From: Candidatus Marinacidobacterales bacterium
GTDB lineage: Bacteria > Acidobacteriota > Vicinamibacteria > Marinacidobacterales > DATDRI01
Direction: 5' to 3'
Assembly: GCA_965226495.1 (NCBI GenBank)
Contig: OZ245365.1
Coordinates: 128,001 to 192,000, forward strand
DNA: 64,000 nucleotides
The translations under genes were made by a program, and so were the position numbers. This document shows positions 38,578 to 48,456 of this stretch, piece by piece. The first letter of the stretch is position 1. Every line of letters starts with the position of its first letter. The notes beneath the pieces are model-generated. The model had not been told where the DNA came from and made no database searches. It worked only from the letters and a program-made list of their open reading frames with translations.

Positions 38578-39654
38578 ATGAATTCTCTAAACCGGAGAGG
38601 TTTCTTGCGTGCAGCTGGAGCGCTTGGTGTAGGCAGTCTTTTTTCTCGGTCGCTCGGAGCGGAGGGGTTTACCCAGGGGGCCCCGGGGGTGGGTCCGCCT
38701 CGCGCCGTCGTCATCTCGAGTCCGAACGGCCTGCCGGCCACCGAGCGAGCAATGGCCCTGATCCAGGACGGCTCGGATCCACTGGACGCCGTCGTAGCCG
38801 GGGTGAACATCGTCGAAGAAGATCCTGACGATCACTCGGTCGGCTATGGCGGTCTTCCGAACGAAGATGGCGTTGTCGAGCTCGACTCTTGTTTGATGCA
38901 CGGCCCAACGAATCGTGGCGGGGCGGTTGCTTCACTTCGCGGAATCAAAACGCCGTCGAAAGTGGCCAAGCTCGTCATGGAGCGAACCGACCACGTGCTC
39001 TTGGTTGGAGAAGGTGCGCTCCGCTTCGCGAAGGCACATGGGTTCGAGGAAGTAGATCTCTTGACGGATGACGCCCGAAGGATCTGGCTCAAGTGGAAGG
39101 AGAACCTTTCCGACAAGGACGATTGGCTTCCTCCAAAGGAACTTGGAGGATCGACTGATTCGGCGGATGCGAGGCGGAGCCCGGGAAGGCTCACCGGCAC
39201 GATCAACTGCAACGCGGTCGACACCAACGGCAACATCGCTGGTGTCACTACCACCAGCGGCCTGGCATACAAAATTCCCGGCCGGGTGGGCGACTCTCCA
39301 ATAATTGGTGCGGGGCTCTATGTCGACAACGAAGTGGGTGCCTGTGGCTCCACCGACCGCGGGGAAGCCAATCTTCTCAACCTTTCGAGCTTCCTGATCG
39401 TCGAGAACATGAGGAATGGGATGAGTCCCGAAGAGGCTGGTCTCGCCGCGCTCAAACGGATCGCCGCGAAGACCGAACCTCGGCTCCGTGACGACAAGGG
39501 GAGGCCGGCTTACCAGCTGAGCTTCTACGTGCTCAACAAACGGGGCGAGTATGCCGGCGTCGCGATGTGGAGCGGCGAGCAACAATACGCGGTTCACGAC
39601 GGTGTGAAGAACCAGTCCAAAGAGTTCGCCTATCTCTACAAAAGGGAGGCCTAA
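38578..39654 (+). CDS. Tat-exported N(4)-(beta-N-acetylglucosaminyl)-L-asparaginase family Ntn hydrolase
   Basis: NRRGFL twin-arginine signal, SVGYGGLPN, GTIN nucleophile, TTTSGL, GRVGDSPIIGAG. Confidence 0.9.
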   Translation: MNSLNRRGFLRAAGALGVGSLFSRSLGAEGFTQGAPGVGPPRAVVISSPNGLPATERAMALIQDGSDPLDAVVAGVNIVEEDPDDHSVGYGGLPNEDGVVELDSCLMHGPTNRGGAVASLRGIKTPSKVAKLVMERTDHVLLVGEGALRFAKAHGFEEVDLLTDDARRIWLKWKENLSDKDDWLPPKELGGSTDSADARRSPGRLTGTINCNAVDTNGNIAGVTTTSGLAYKIPGRVGDSPIIGAGLYVDNEVGACGSTDRGEANLLNLSSFLIVENMRNGMSPEEAGLAALKRIAAKTEPRLRDDKGRPAYQLSFYVLNKRGEYAGVAMWSGEQQYAVHDGVKNQSKEFAYLYKREA

Positions 39655-39814
39655 CGCTCTCCTAGCCCGCCTCCGGCTGATTCTGTACCAAGGATTTCGG
39701 CGGGTCCGCCGAAGCTTCAGCGGAGGCGGAAGGGAGAGGGGTTAGAGGACTAAGAAACCATCGTTAGCACGCTCGTTTGGTGCCCCTCGGCCTATCCTCT
39801 ATAATCGGAGAAAT

Positions 39815-41299
39815 ATGGACAATACGAACGCACTAAAGACTCTAGGTGATCTGAAATCGAATGGTTATACAGAAGAAAGACTGACCGGCCGCAGCGTTCG
39901 CGACGAGGTGCGAGACAACGTCTCTCGTGCGCTGGCAGCGGGCGAGGAGCTTTTTCCGGGAATCGTCGGGTACCAAGAAACCGTTGTTCCCCAATTGGTC
40001 AACGCGCTTCTCTCGAAACACCACTTCATTATGCTCGGGCTGCGGGGTCAAGCCAAGAGCCGTATCCTGCGCAGCCTCACACGTTTTCTCGACCCAGAGC
40101 TGCCGGCGGTAGAAGGCTGTGAGATCCACGACAACCCCTACGCGCCCCTATGCCGGGCCTGCCGGCACAAGATCGACGAAATGGGAGATCAAACTCCCAT
40201 TAGCTGGCTCTCGCGAGAGGATCGCTACGTCGAGAAATTGGCGACCCCCGATGTCACGATTGCAGACATCATCGGCGATCTGGATCCGATCCGCGCTGCG
40301 CGCGGTGGGCTCGATCTTTCCGACGAGTTGACGATCCACTATGGTCTCTTGCCCCGTTCGCATCGAGGCGTCTTCGCCATCAATGAGCTCCCCGACCTGG
40401 CGGGAAAGATTCAAGTCGGCTTGTTCAACATTCTTCAAGAGGGAGATGTTCAGATCAAGGGTTATCCGATCCGCCTGCCGTTGGATGTCCTCATGGTGTT
40501 TACCGCCAACCCCGAGGACTACACGGCTCGGGGGAAAATCGTGACCCCGTTGAAGGACCGTCTGGGCTCGGAGGTTCGTACCCACTACCCGAACACGCTC
40601 GAACAGGCGGTATCCATCACTCGTGAGGAGGCCTGGACGAAACGGCATAAAGAGGACCGGGTATTCGTGCCCTATTATCTTCGCGAGGTCGTAGAGGAAG
40701 TCGCCATTCAGGCCAGGAAGGACAGGCGTGTCGACCAACGGTCAGGAGTAAGCCAGCGGTTGCCGATCACCTTGTTGGAAAATGTCGTCTCGAACGCGGA
40801 GCGGCGCGCGATTTTGCACAAAGAAAAGAAGATTGTTCCCCGTGTTTCGGATGTATACGCATCGCTGCACGCCATCACGGGCAAGCTCGAGCTTGACTAC
40901 GAAGGCGAGCTGAAGGGTGCGGAGGTAGTGGCACGAGACCTAGTCCGTAACGCGGTCGGCCAGACTTTTCGAAAGTACTTAGGCGGCGAGGACCTGAACC
41001 AGATCATCGAGTGGTTCGAGAAGGGGGGCTACTTGAAGCTCCCGGATACCACGCCCGCCAAGGAGGCCCTGGCGAGTCTGGAAAAAATTGAAGGACTAGC
41101 GGAGAAGGTTAATTTGCTCGGCGTCGCCAAGAAAGCCCCCCCCGCGGTAATGGTGGCGGCGGCGGAGTTCGTTCTCGAAGGACTCGCAGGCATGAAAAAG
41201 ATCAGCCGCAGCGAGGAACGGCGTTTCTCTCGGACCGAGAGGCAGCACCCGGAAATCGGCATGGAGCCTATCGATACTGCGAAGCGACATTTGAACTGA
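39815..41299 (+). CDS. Magnesium-chelatase-like AAA+ ATPase
   Basis: GLRGQAKS Walker A variant, EKLATPD, INELPDL, TANPEDYT.RG. Confidence 0.88.
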   Translation: MDNTNALKTLGDLKSNGYTEERLTGRSVRDEVRDNVSRALAAGEELFPGIVGYQETVVPQLVNALLSKHHFIMLGLRGQAKSRILRSLTRFLDPELPAVEGCEIHDNPYAPLCRACRHKIDEMGDQTPISWLSREDRYVEKLATPDVTIADIIGDLDPIRAARGGLDLSDELTIHYGLLPRSHRGVFAINELPDLAGKIQVGLFNILQEGDVQIKGYPIRLPLDVLMVFTANPEDYTARGKIVTPLKDRLGSEVRTHYPNTLEQAVSITREEAWTKRHKEDRVFVPYYLREVVEEVAIQARKDRRVDQRSGVSQRLPITLLENVVSNAERRAILHKEKKIVPRVSDVYASLHAITGKLELDYEGELKGAEVVARDLVRNAVGQTFRKYLGGEDLNQIIEWFEKGGYLKLPDTTPAKEALASLEKIEGLAEKVNLLGVAKKAPPAVMVAAAEFVLEGLAGMKKISRSEERRFSRTERQHPEIGMEPIDTAKRHLN

Positions 41300-41309
41300 G
41301 GTAAGCACT

Positions 41310-42566
41310 TTGTCGATTACCAAGTACTCTCGATTCCTTCCGGAGGCCCTAGAGGATCTATCCCTAGAGGATCTGCTGCAGCAGTTATCCGACTACTTCT
41401 TGCGCAGTGGGTTCCAAGACGCCTACGGGTTCTATCAGCTCGGTGATCAATCGATGGCCGAGCTTCAGGAAGCCATCCTACAAGCCCTACTGGAGCAGGG
41501 AGCCCTCTCCCAAGAAGATGTAGAGCGGATGCTTTCGGGAGCAGAAAACTTCGAAGACTCGGACCTGGCCCGGCTTCTCAACGAGCTCATCGAGCGGATG
41601 CAGGAAGAGGGATACATCCAGGTGGGGCCCGCCGACTCAGAGACCGCGCTCGGTAGCATGGAAACCTCGGAGCCGGGCCGAGTGGAATCGTCGCGAGGCG
41701 GCGTTAAGTTCGAGCTCACTGACAAGACGGTGGACTTCCTGGGTTTCAAGACACTGAGGGATTTGCTGGGTGGTCTCGGGAAGGCTAGCTTCGGACAGCA
41801 CGAAACGAAAGAGCTGGCGACCGGCGTAGAAGTAACTGGAAGCTCCAAACGGTACGAGTTCGGTGACACGCTCAACCTGGACATCTCTCGCACGCTTCTC
41901 TCTGCGGTCCGGCGGAACGGCTTGCGTGTGCCCATCGAGCTCACCCCATCCGATCTACATGTGCATCAGTCGGAATACCGGAGCTCTTGTGCCACGGTGG
42001 TGATGCTCGACTGTAGCCATAGCATGATCCTCTATGGAGAGGATCGATTCACGCCCGCCAAGAAAGTGGCTTTGGCTCTCTCCCATCTCATCCGCACTCA
42101 GTACCCTGGCGACAGCCTTCATCTCGTGCTCTTTCATGACAGCGCCGAGGAAGTGCCGTTATCGCAACTTGCCCGAGTCCGGGTCGGTCCGTTTTATACC
42201 AATACCTGTGAAGGATTGAAGCTGGCGCAGCGAATCCTGACTCGCGAACGCAAAGACATGCGTCAGATAGTCATGATTACCGATGGGAAACCATCCGCAC
42301 TCACCCTAGAGGACGGGCGTATCTACAAGAATCCCTTCGGGTTGGATCCCCTGATCGTCGACCATACTTTCAAGGAAGTCGTAGCCTGCCGGCGCTCCGG
42401 CATTCTCATTAACACCTTTATGTTGGCGCGTGACCACTCGTTAGTGAACTTCGTGAAAAAACTGACGGAGATCGTCCGAGGTAAGGCTTACTTTACGACA
42501 CCCGCGTCCCTCGGTCACTACGTCCTCATGGACTACGTGAACAAGAAGACCCGTACGCTTCACTGA
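41310..42566 (+). CDS. VWA domain protein, partner of the AAA+ ATPase
   Basis: YEFGDTLNLD, DCSHS MIDAS, ITDGKPS, INTFML. Confidence 0.88.
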   Translation: MSITKYSRFLPEALEDLSLEDLLQQLSDYFLRSGFQDAYGFYQLGDQSMAELQEAILQALLEQGALSQEDVERMLSGAENFEDSDLARLLNELIERMQEEGYIQVGPADSETALGSMETSEPGRVESSRGGVKFELTDKTVDFLGFKTLRDLLGGLGKASFGQHETKELATGVEVTGSSKRYEFGDTLNLDISRTLLSAVRRNGLRVPIELTPSDLHVHQSEYRSSCATVVMLDCSHSMILYGEDRFTPAKKVALALSHLIRTQYPGDSLHLVLFHDSAEEVPLSQLARVRVGPFYTNTCEGLKLAQRILTRERKDMRQIVMITDGKPSALTLEDGRIYKNPFGLDPLIVDHTFKEVVACRRSGILINTFMLARDHSLVNFVKKLTEIVRGKAYFTTPASLGHYVLMDYVNKKTRTLH

Positions 42567-42772
42567 GCTGGTCTGAATCACCGGTCTGCGCAACCTGTAT
42601 GGCGGCTTTATGCTGGCTGTACGCCTGCATAAGGCGGGACGCCCTTGCCAACCCGGCGAGAACGCGTTATAGTGTTCTATCCGGTAAAGTTAGCCAATTC
42701 CAGCTTGTGTCCCGAGGAGTCCCCGCCCTCGGGCATTGATCGTATGGCGCGCGGCTCAGAAGAGGGAGAGTA

Positions 42773-43174
42773 ATGGCGGAGGCGTGGGATGGTCGTGAGC
42801 GAAGAAAATATCCGAGGGTACCGTTGAAAGGCGAGGTAAAAGGAAAGATCCACACCGTCGCGGCCGCTCCCGTTGTCGATCTTTCCGTGGAAGGGGCCTT
42901 GCTCGAAGTCCCTTGTGTTTTGAAGCCGAAGACGCTGTATACCTTGAAGCTCACCGTCGGCCCGACGGAGCAACTCGAGGTTAAGGGAAAAGTGATACGA
43001 AGCTACGTACACGGCTTCGAGCGCAACGAGCGTGGAGAGACGGTCATCAAATATCGAGCCGCGGTACAGTTTCAGGCGGTAGGCGATGCCGAAAAGGAAA
43101 CTCTCCACAAAACGGTCGAAAGACTGTCCCAAATTGCTGTGAGCGCTCACCTATCGAGTGAGCGGGCGGGATAA
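42773..43174 (+). CDS. PilZ domain protein
   Basis: ERRKYPR and DLSVEG c-di-GMP-binding motifs. Confidence 0.85.
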   Translation: MAEAWDGRERRKYPRVPLKGEVKGKIHTVAAAPVVDLSVEGALLEVPCVLKPKTLYTLKLTVGPTEQLEVKGKVIRSYVHGFERNERGETVIKYRAAVQFQAVGDAEKETLHKTVERLSQIAVSAHLSSERAG

Positions 43175-43197
43175 GTGGGCGCAGAAAGACAGGCGGA

Positions 43198-43536
43198 ATG
43201 AGCGACGTGAATCAAGAGCGCCGGCACGCACCCCGCGTCGAAGCCGAAGGAAATGTTCCTGGGCAACTCGAGATCGATTTGGAAACTCACGTTGTCCAAA
43301 TCTCTCCAAATGGAATGATGGCCGAGCTGGAAGCACCGGTGACCGTGGAATCTGAGTACAAATTCACTTTAAGTGTGGCTGGTGAGGACCTAGATCTGAA
43401 GGGCGTGGTGCGAAACTGCGAGCCCAAGACACTTGCGGATAGCACCACCCTTTACCGAGTCGGAATCGAGTTTCGCAGCGTAGACGAAAAGCAGCAAGAC
43501 ATCCTGACCCGTTTCGTCGAGAGCAAGCTTACTTAA
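43198..43536 (+). CDS. PilZ domain protein
   Basis: ERRHAPR, QISPNG, YRVGIEF. Confidence 0.85.
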   Translation: MSDVNQERRHAPRVEAEGNVPGQLEIDLETHVVQISPNGMMAELEAPVTVESEYKFTLSVAGEDLDLKGVVRNCEPKTLADSTTLYRVGIEFRSVDEKQQDILTRFVESKLT

Positions 43537-43556
43537 CGTAGGCTTCTTTCCTTTAT

Positions 43557-43590
43557 CCCTCTCCCCACGGGGAGAGGGTAGGGTGAGGGG
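43557..43590. repeat. REP-like palindrome, family A (CCCTCTCCC..GGGAGAGGG..GGGTGAGGG)
   Basis: Same motif at 50230-50340 and 62413-62444, degenerate at about 39656-39750. Confidence 0.75.
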
Positions 43591-43654
43591 CATGGAGCTG
43601 GCTTCCTTCCTTTATTTCCTCTCCGATCATCGTTTCTATCCGCGGCGCGGACAG

Positions 43655-43710
43655 TTGTATACAAACGGCTACCCGTGCGTTTGACGAACCGCCTCAGGAT
43701 TCCTAGGATA
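43655..43710 (+). promoter_or_regulatory. Palindromic operator TTGTATACAA and sigma-70 promoter of pckG
   Basis: Perfect 10-bp palindrome at 43655-43664, then TTGACG-17 bp-TAGGAT. Confidence 0.55.
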
Positions 43711-43739
43711 TCCCCGCGCTAGCTGCATCAGGAGGTGCA

Positions 43740-45499
43740 ATGGACGAGCTAGAAAGTTGGGTTGAGGAAACGGCCCGCGTCACCAGGCCCAGCCGTGTCG
43801 AGTGGTGCGACGGTTCGGAGGAAGAAAACGATCGACTCATCGAAGAAATGCTGGGAGATGAAACGCTCCGAGAGCTGAACTCCCAGCGCTGGCCGCATTG
43901 CTATCTTCATCGAAGCGATTCCAATGACGTAGCCCGAACCGAGCACCTGACCTTCATTTGCAGCGAGGATCAGGATCAGGCTGGGCCCACTAACAACTGG
44001 ATGGCCCCCGCGGAAGCGCGGCAGAAAGTAGGCGCGCTCTTCGAAGGGGCAATGAAAAATCGCACCATGTACGTCGTGCCCTATCTCATGGGGCCTCCTG
44101 GATCCCCTTTTACAAAAGTCGGAATCGAGCTCACCGACAGCGCATACGTCGTTGCGAATATGCGGATCATGACGAGGATGGGAAAGGTGGCCCTCGATGA
44201 GTACCGCCAAAGCGGCGAGTTCGCACCCGGCCTCCATTCCCTGGGAGATCTTTCTCCCGACCGGCGGTTCGTCTGCCATTTTCCCGAGGAGAAGCTCATT
44301 TGGAGCATCGGTTCGGGCTACGGGGGAAACGCGCTTCTAGGCAAGAAGTGTTTCGCGCTGCGGATCGCGAGTGTCATGGCCCATAAAGAAGGTTGGTTGG
44401 CCGAGCACATGTTGATCCTGGAGCTCGAACAACCGGGTGGCAAGATCGACTACATCGCGGCCGCTTTTCCAAGTCAATGTGGAAAAACCAACCTTGCCAT
44501 GTTGGTCAGCCCGCTCGAGCACTTGGGGTACAAGGTGCGCTGTCGGTGACGACATCGCGTGGCTGAGGATCGGTGAAGACGGGCGCTTGTGGGCCGTGAA
44601 TCCCGAGGCGGGCTTCTTCGGCGTGGCTCCGGGTACCAACGACCAGACCAACCCCAATGCGATGAAAGCCATCCGGCAGAGACGTGAACGATCTTCACCC
44701 CAATGCGTCCGGCAGAACACGATCTTCACCAATGACGGATGACGCCCAGCCTTGGTGGGAGGGTAAAGATCCTGCTCCGCCCCAGGGGCTCATCGACTGG
44801 CAGAACCAGCCGTACAGTGGATCCGGAAAGGCAGCTCACCCGAACTCGCGCTACACCGTGCCTGCCCGTCAGTGCCCGAGCATCTCGCCACGTTGGGAGG
44901 ATGCGAAAGGCGTTCCCATTTCAGCGTTACTCTTCGGGGGCCGTCGGGCTCGGCTCACGCCTCTCGTTTTTCAACCCTACAGTTGGCAGCATGGGGTTTT
45001 CGTCGCTGCCACGATGGGATCCGAAACGACCGCCGCGGCTACCGGAGAGGTCGGCGTCGTCCGGCGAGATCCGATGGCGATGCTCCCGTTTTGCGGGTAC
45101 CACATGGCCGATTATTGGAGCCATTGGTTGACCCTCGGACAACGAGCGAGCCGGCCGCCGGCCATTTTCCACGTCAATTGGTTTCGGACCGATTCGGGCG
45201 GCCGCTTTCTGTGGCCGGGATTCGGCGAGAATCTGCGTGTCTTGCTCTGGATTCTCGAGCGAACGGCGGGGAAGGGGAAGGCTGAAGAAACTCCTATTGG
45301 CTGGGTACCGACCCCCGACGCGGTCAACTTGGATGGCCTAGACGTACCTCCTCAAAAGATGAAGGAGCTCTTACGTCTCGACAAGGAGGGTTGGGGGAAA
45401 GAGATAGCGGGGATGAGAACCTTCTTCGAAAAGTTTGGAGATCGCTTGCCCCGAGCGTTGGAAGAAGAATTAGAGGATTTGAAAAAGCGCTTGGGTTAG
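43740..45499 (+). pseudogene. pckG: Phosphoenolpyruvate carboxykinase (GTP), frame-disrupted in this sequence
   Basis: [77 protein letters not shown]; 2-bp loss near 44541 and garbled duplication 44671-44734. Confidence 0.9.
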
Positions 45500-45545
45500 G
45501 GCTCCCTGAGCCGCCCGGCGGGCGTTTTCCCGGCCCCGGGAAAAA

Positions 45546-45621
45546 TGGTGGAGCTGACGGGGATCGAACCCGTGACCTCGTGAATGCCATTCACGCGCGC
45601 TCCCAGCTGCGCTACAGCCCC
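45546..45621 (-). tRNA. tRNA-Ala (GGC)
   Basis: GGGGCTGTAGCGCAGCTGGGAGCGC...TGGCA...GGTTCGATCCC...CTCCACCA cloverleaf with G3:U70; TTGACT-17-TACGAT promoter upstream. Confidence 0.97.
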
Positions 45622-45952
45622 ACTTCAGGACAAAGCCAATCGTAGCCAATGAAACGTTCTAAGTCAAGGCGACGAAATGGTTTGGAAGCCAGCCAGCAGA
45701 CAGGGAAAAGTGGGGCGAGGGATTAGTTAGGCGGGAAAAACTAACGGTGAGTTGTGGAATGATTTTCGATCGCTTTTTAAGGGCGATCTGTGGTCCCAGT
45801 CTCCATTTTATTTAAGGTGTGGCCCCTCGCCTCACCAAATCCATTCTAGACACCCCCCGCGCGACGCGCAAATAAACCTCGATCGCTCCCGGCTTTGCCA
45901 CATAAGCCAAGCTGGTATAATGGCTTACACCCGGCCCTCGAGGGGGGAAAGG

Positions 45953-46050
45953 GGAAGTGATTGGGGTCTGGTGGCCTCCACGGACTTCAAATCCGATGGT
46001 TCCGGGCTAATCCTCGGGACGGTGGGTTCGATTCCCACGCACTTCCGCCA
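45953..46050 (+). tRNA. selC: tRNA-Sec (UCA)
   Basis: GGAAG...CTTCCGCCA ends, 6-bp D stem with TGGT loop, CTTCAAA anticodon loop, long variable arm, GGTTCGATTCC T arm; TGGTATAAT upstream. Confidence 0.93.
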
Positions 46051-46164
46051 AAACGGTCCGCCAACTCTGTCCGGACTTCAGTGACTTCAAAGTGGCACTT
46101 GAAGTCGCGCCGACCGAATCGACACTACCCGTGGCAATTGCGAAATGAGTTCGCGGCTTCGGCA

Positions 46165-47784
46165 TCACCCGCTCAGATTCATCCTACGAAGGAGTTCCTT
46201 ATACCTGGGCTCGGGTCGAAGGTCGTGCCAGTCCCAAGCGACTGCGAGGTGCACCAGGGCGGGCTCGCGCTCCTCGAAAGCTCTTTCGAGCCACGTGAGC
46301 GCGTCCGCGTTCTCGGCCGCGTGGGCATAAAGCCGAGCGACACGCACTGAGCCTACATAGGAATCGGTGGCGAGCGACGCGAGTCTAGATGCCGCGCTGC
46401 TCATGGCGTCGCGGTAGTGAGACTCCGTGACGCCGCGTGTAAACCCCTCCACCATCTCCGGTCTTCCGATGAGAGAGAAGAAGTCCTTCGCGGCTCGTAG
46501 AGCCTCCTCGTGCTCGCCCTTCATGTAGTACGCTCCCCAGAGGCCTTGGCGTACCGCCGGGAAACTCGGTTCTGTTCGAAGGGCTCGTTCGAGCTCGATG
46601 ATGGCGCCGTCGCAGCGCTCGCGGTAGAGCAAGTGCCAGCCCCGGAAGCACTGGTAAAACGCATTGAACGGATCCAACTGCATCGCTCGGTCGAGCTCTG
46701 CTGCGGCTTCATGGGAACGTTTCATGGAGATCAGATAGTCCGAGTAGAAGAAGTGGCCGTCCGCGTGGTTCGGGTTGAGCTGGATTGCACGTTGGAACTC
46801 CTTCTCCGCGGCGTCGAAGTCCCAATCGTGAACGAAACGGACGTTACCGAGTGTTGCGTGAGCTTCTGCAAGCGAATCGTCGAGCGCCAATGCGTCCAGC
46901 ACGGATGCCTTCATTTGCGCGAACGCTTCGCGTGGGGGCGTCAAACCAAGCTCACCACGGGAAAACCAAATATCGGCGATTCCTGCGTGCGCGAGAGGGT
47001 AGTGGCGATCTTTCTTCAGGGCGAGCTGGAAGTACTCGAGCGCCGTGTCGAGATGGTCGGATGAAAGCTTGTACCAGTGAAAGCGGCCCTTCAGATAGGC
47101 CTCGTAGGCTTCTAGGCTCTCCGGGCGGCTCCTGGCGAGGCTCTTTACGTCCTCCGGCGTCAACGCCACGTGGATCTCGGAGGCGATGGTCCGCGCGAGC
47201 TCGGCTTGTAGGGTAAGGACGTCCTGCAGATCACGTTCGTAGCTTTCGGCCCAAAGGTGTTCGTCCGACGTGCCGTCGATGAGTTGGACGGTGATGCGAA
47301 CCCGATCGGCCACCCGCAGTACGGAGCCTTCGATGACGGCGTCCACACCGAGCTCCTTGGCTATCTGCGGGATCGATTGCTCGGCTCCTTGGTAGCGCAT
47401 CACGGAGCGACGCGAGATCACCTTCAAAGCGTCCATGTTCGATAAATCCTTGAGGAGCGCGTCGTGGATGCCGTGGACGAGATACTCGTGCGAGGGATCG
47501 CGAGTGAGATTTTCGAGAGGTAGGACGGCAAGCCAAACTTCGCTCCCGCCGTCGGACTTCGAAGGCGTGGGACGCGAGCTCTCTTTCGGGCGACGGCTTT
47601 CGAGCCAGGCGTCGAGCTCGGAGCGATAGGCATAGACCGTCGCCTGCTTCTCGTGCACATGGCGGTGGACAGGCAAGCCTTCCGTCTTCTCCCACCGTCT
47701 GACTGTGCTCGTGTCGCGATCCAGGTAGACGGCGATCTCCTTCCATGATTCGAGCCGTCCGCTGGAAGGGGAGCTGGACTTCAT
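46165..47784 (-). CDS. HTH DNA-binding / TolB-like / TPR regulator
   Basis: LESWKEIAVYL...VRRWE..GLPVHR N-terminal HTH, LAVLPLENL..EGSV...ITVQLIDG..HLWAESY TolB-like domain, TPR repeats, DLRPEPRY tail. Confidence 0.85.
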   Translation of the reverse strand: MKSSSPSSGRLESWKEIAVYLDRDTSTVRRWEKTEGLPVHRHVHEKQATVYAYRSELDAWLESRRPKESSRPTPSKSDGGSEVWLAVLPLENLTRDPSHEYLVHGIHDALLKDLSNMDALKVISRRSVMRYQGAEQSIPQIAKELGVDAVIEGSVLRVADRVRITVQLIDGTSDEHLWAESYERDLQDVLTLQAELARTIASEIHVALTPEDVKSLARSRPESLEAYEAYLKGRFHWYKLSSDHLDTALEYFQLALKKDRHYPLAHAGIADIWFSRGELGLTPPREAFAQMKASVLDALALDDSLAEAHATLGNVRFVHDWDFDAAEKEFQRAIQLNPNHADGHFFYSDYLISMKRSHEAAAELDRAMQLDPFNAFYQCFRGWHLLYRERCDGAIIELERALRTEPSFPAVRQGLWGAYYMKGEHEEALRAAKDFFSLIGRPEMVEGFTRGVTESHYRDAMSSAASRLASLATDSYVGSVRVARLYAHAAENADALTWLERAFEEREPALVHLAVAWDWHDLRPEPRYKELLRRMNLSG

Positions 47785-47908
47785 GCCCGGCAGTCTAATC
47801 GGGCGCTCGTTTGCGCGCAAAGGTGCTTAAAGCCGGGCCTTTGCCGCTGCTGCTATTGACGGCGCGCCAAGCCCCTAGTAGCGTGCCGTTAGACCGAAGG
47901 AGGACACG

Positions 47909-48313
47909 ATGGAAACGAAGCAAGATGCCAAATTCGCGGCTGGTGCCGATGTCCTGAAAGAGTACGGGGCCGCCCTAACGTCGGGCGATCTCGAGCGATG
48001 GATATCGCTGTGGACCGAGTCGGGCGTGCAGATGGCGCCCGACGCGCCGAAACGCAGGAGCAGGGACGAGGTCCGCGCCGCCATGCAACCCGTCTTCGAC
48101 CTCTACGAGCACGAAATGGCGGTCGATCCCCAAGTCGTTCGGCTCGCCGACGACTGGGGCTTCGTCCGCGGCGACTTCACGCATGAAATGAGCTCGAAAG
48201 TCAACGAGGAGCGCTCTCGCCGTACCGGCAAATTCTTGACGATCGTGGAGAAGCAGAGCGACGGAGCGTGGAAGATCGCGTGCGATTGCTTCAACTACAA
48301 TGCTCCAGCCTAG
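47909..48313 (+). CDS. SnoaL-like/DUF4440 (NTF2 fold) protein
   Basis: GDLERWISLW, GKFLTIVEKQSDGAWKI..DCFN; AAGGAGG SD. Confidence 0.85.
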   Translation: METKQDAKFAAGADVLKEYGAALTSGDLERWISLWTESGVQMAPDAPKRRSRDEVRAAMQPVFDLYEHEMAVDPQVVRLADDWGFVRGDFTHEMSSKVNEERSRRTGKFLTIVEKQSDGAWKIACDCFNYNAPA

Positions 48314-48383
48314 TTTGACTTTGCTTGCAACGCGGTGACGTCCCCAGGTAGATTTGCTGGTGGCGCGAGGCCCGTCGGCGACC

Positions 48384-48456
48384 GACTTCAAATCCGATGG
48401 TTCCAGGCTAATCCTCGGGACGGTGGGTTCGATTCCCACGCACTTCCGCCAAAACG
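48384..48456 (+). repeat. Duplicated 3' part of selC (attR-like)
   Basis: GACTTCAAATCCG...CACTTCCGCCAAAACG; no intact acceptor or D arm on the 5' side. Confidence 0.9.

Larger units (their letters stand above)
45983..48456. mobile_element. Integrase-less genomic islet at selC bounded by 73-bp direct repeats (attL/attR-like)
   Basis: 45983-46055 and 48384-48456 are identical except for one G/A mismatch; the repeat runs from the anticodon loop through CCA plus AAACG. Confidence 0.75.

Noticed and set aside
44541-44552. TGA in pckG as a possible selenocysteine codon, given the nearby selC
   Set aside because: The conserved VGDDIAW continues in a different frame, so this is a frameshift, not an in-frame UGA
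45622-45952. ORF 45752-46084 or hidden gene between the tRNAs
   Set aside because: It overlaps selC and lacks motifs; the region holds the divergent tRNA promoters
48345-48456. Second functional tRNA-Sec gene
   Set aside because: Only the anticodon loop to CCA is conserved; no 5' acceptor strand or paired D stem
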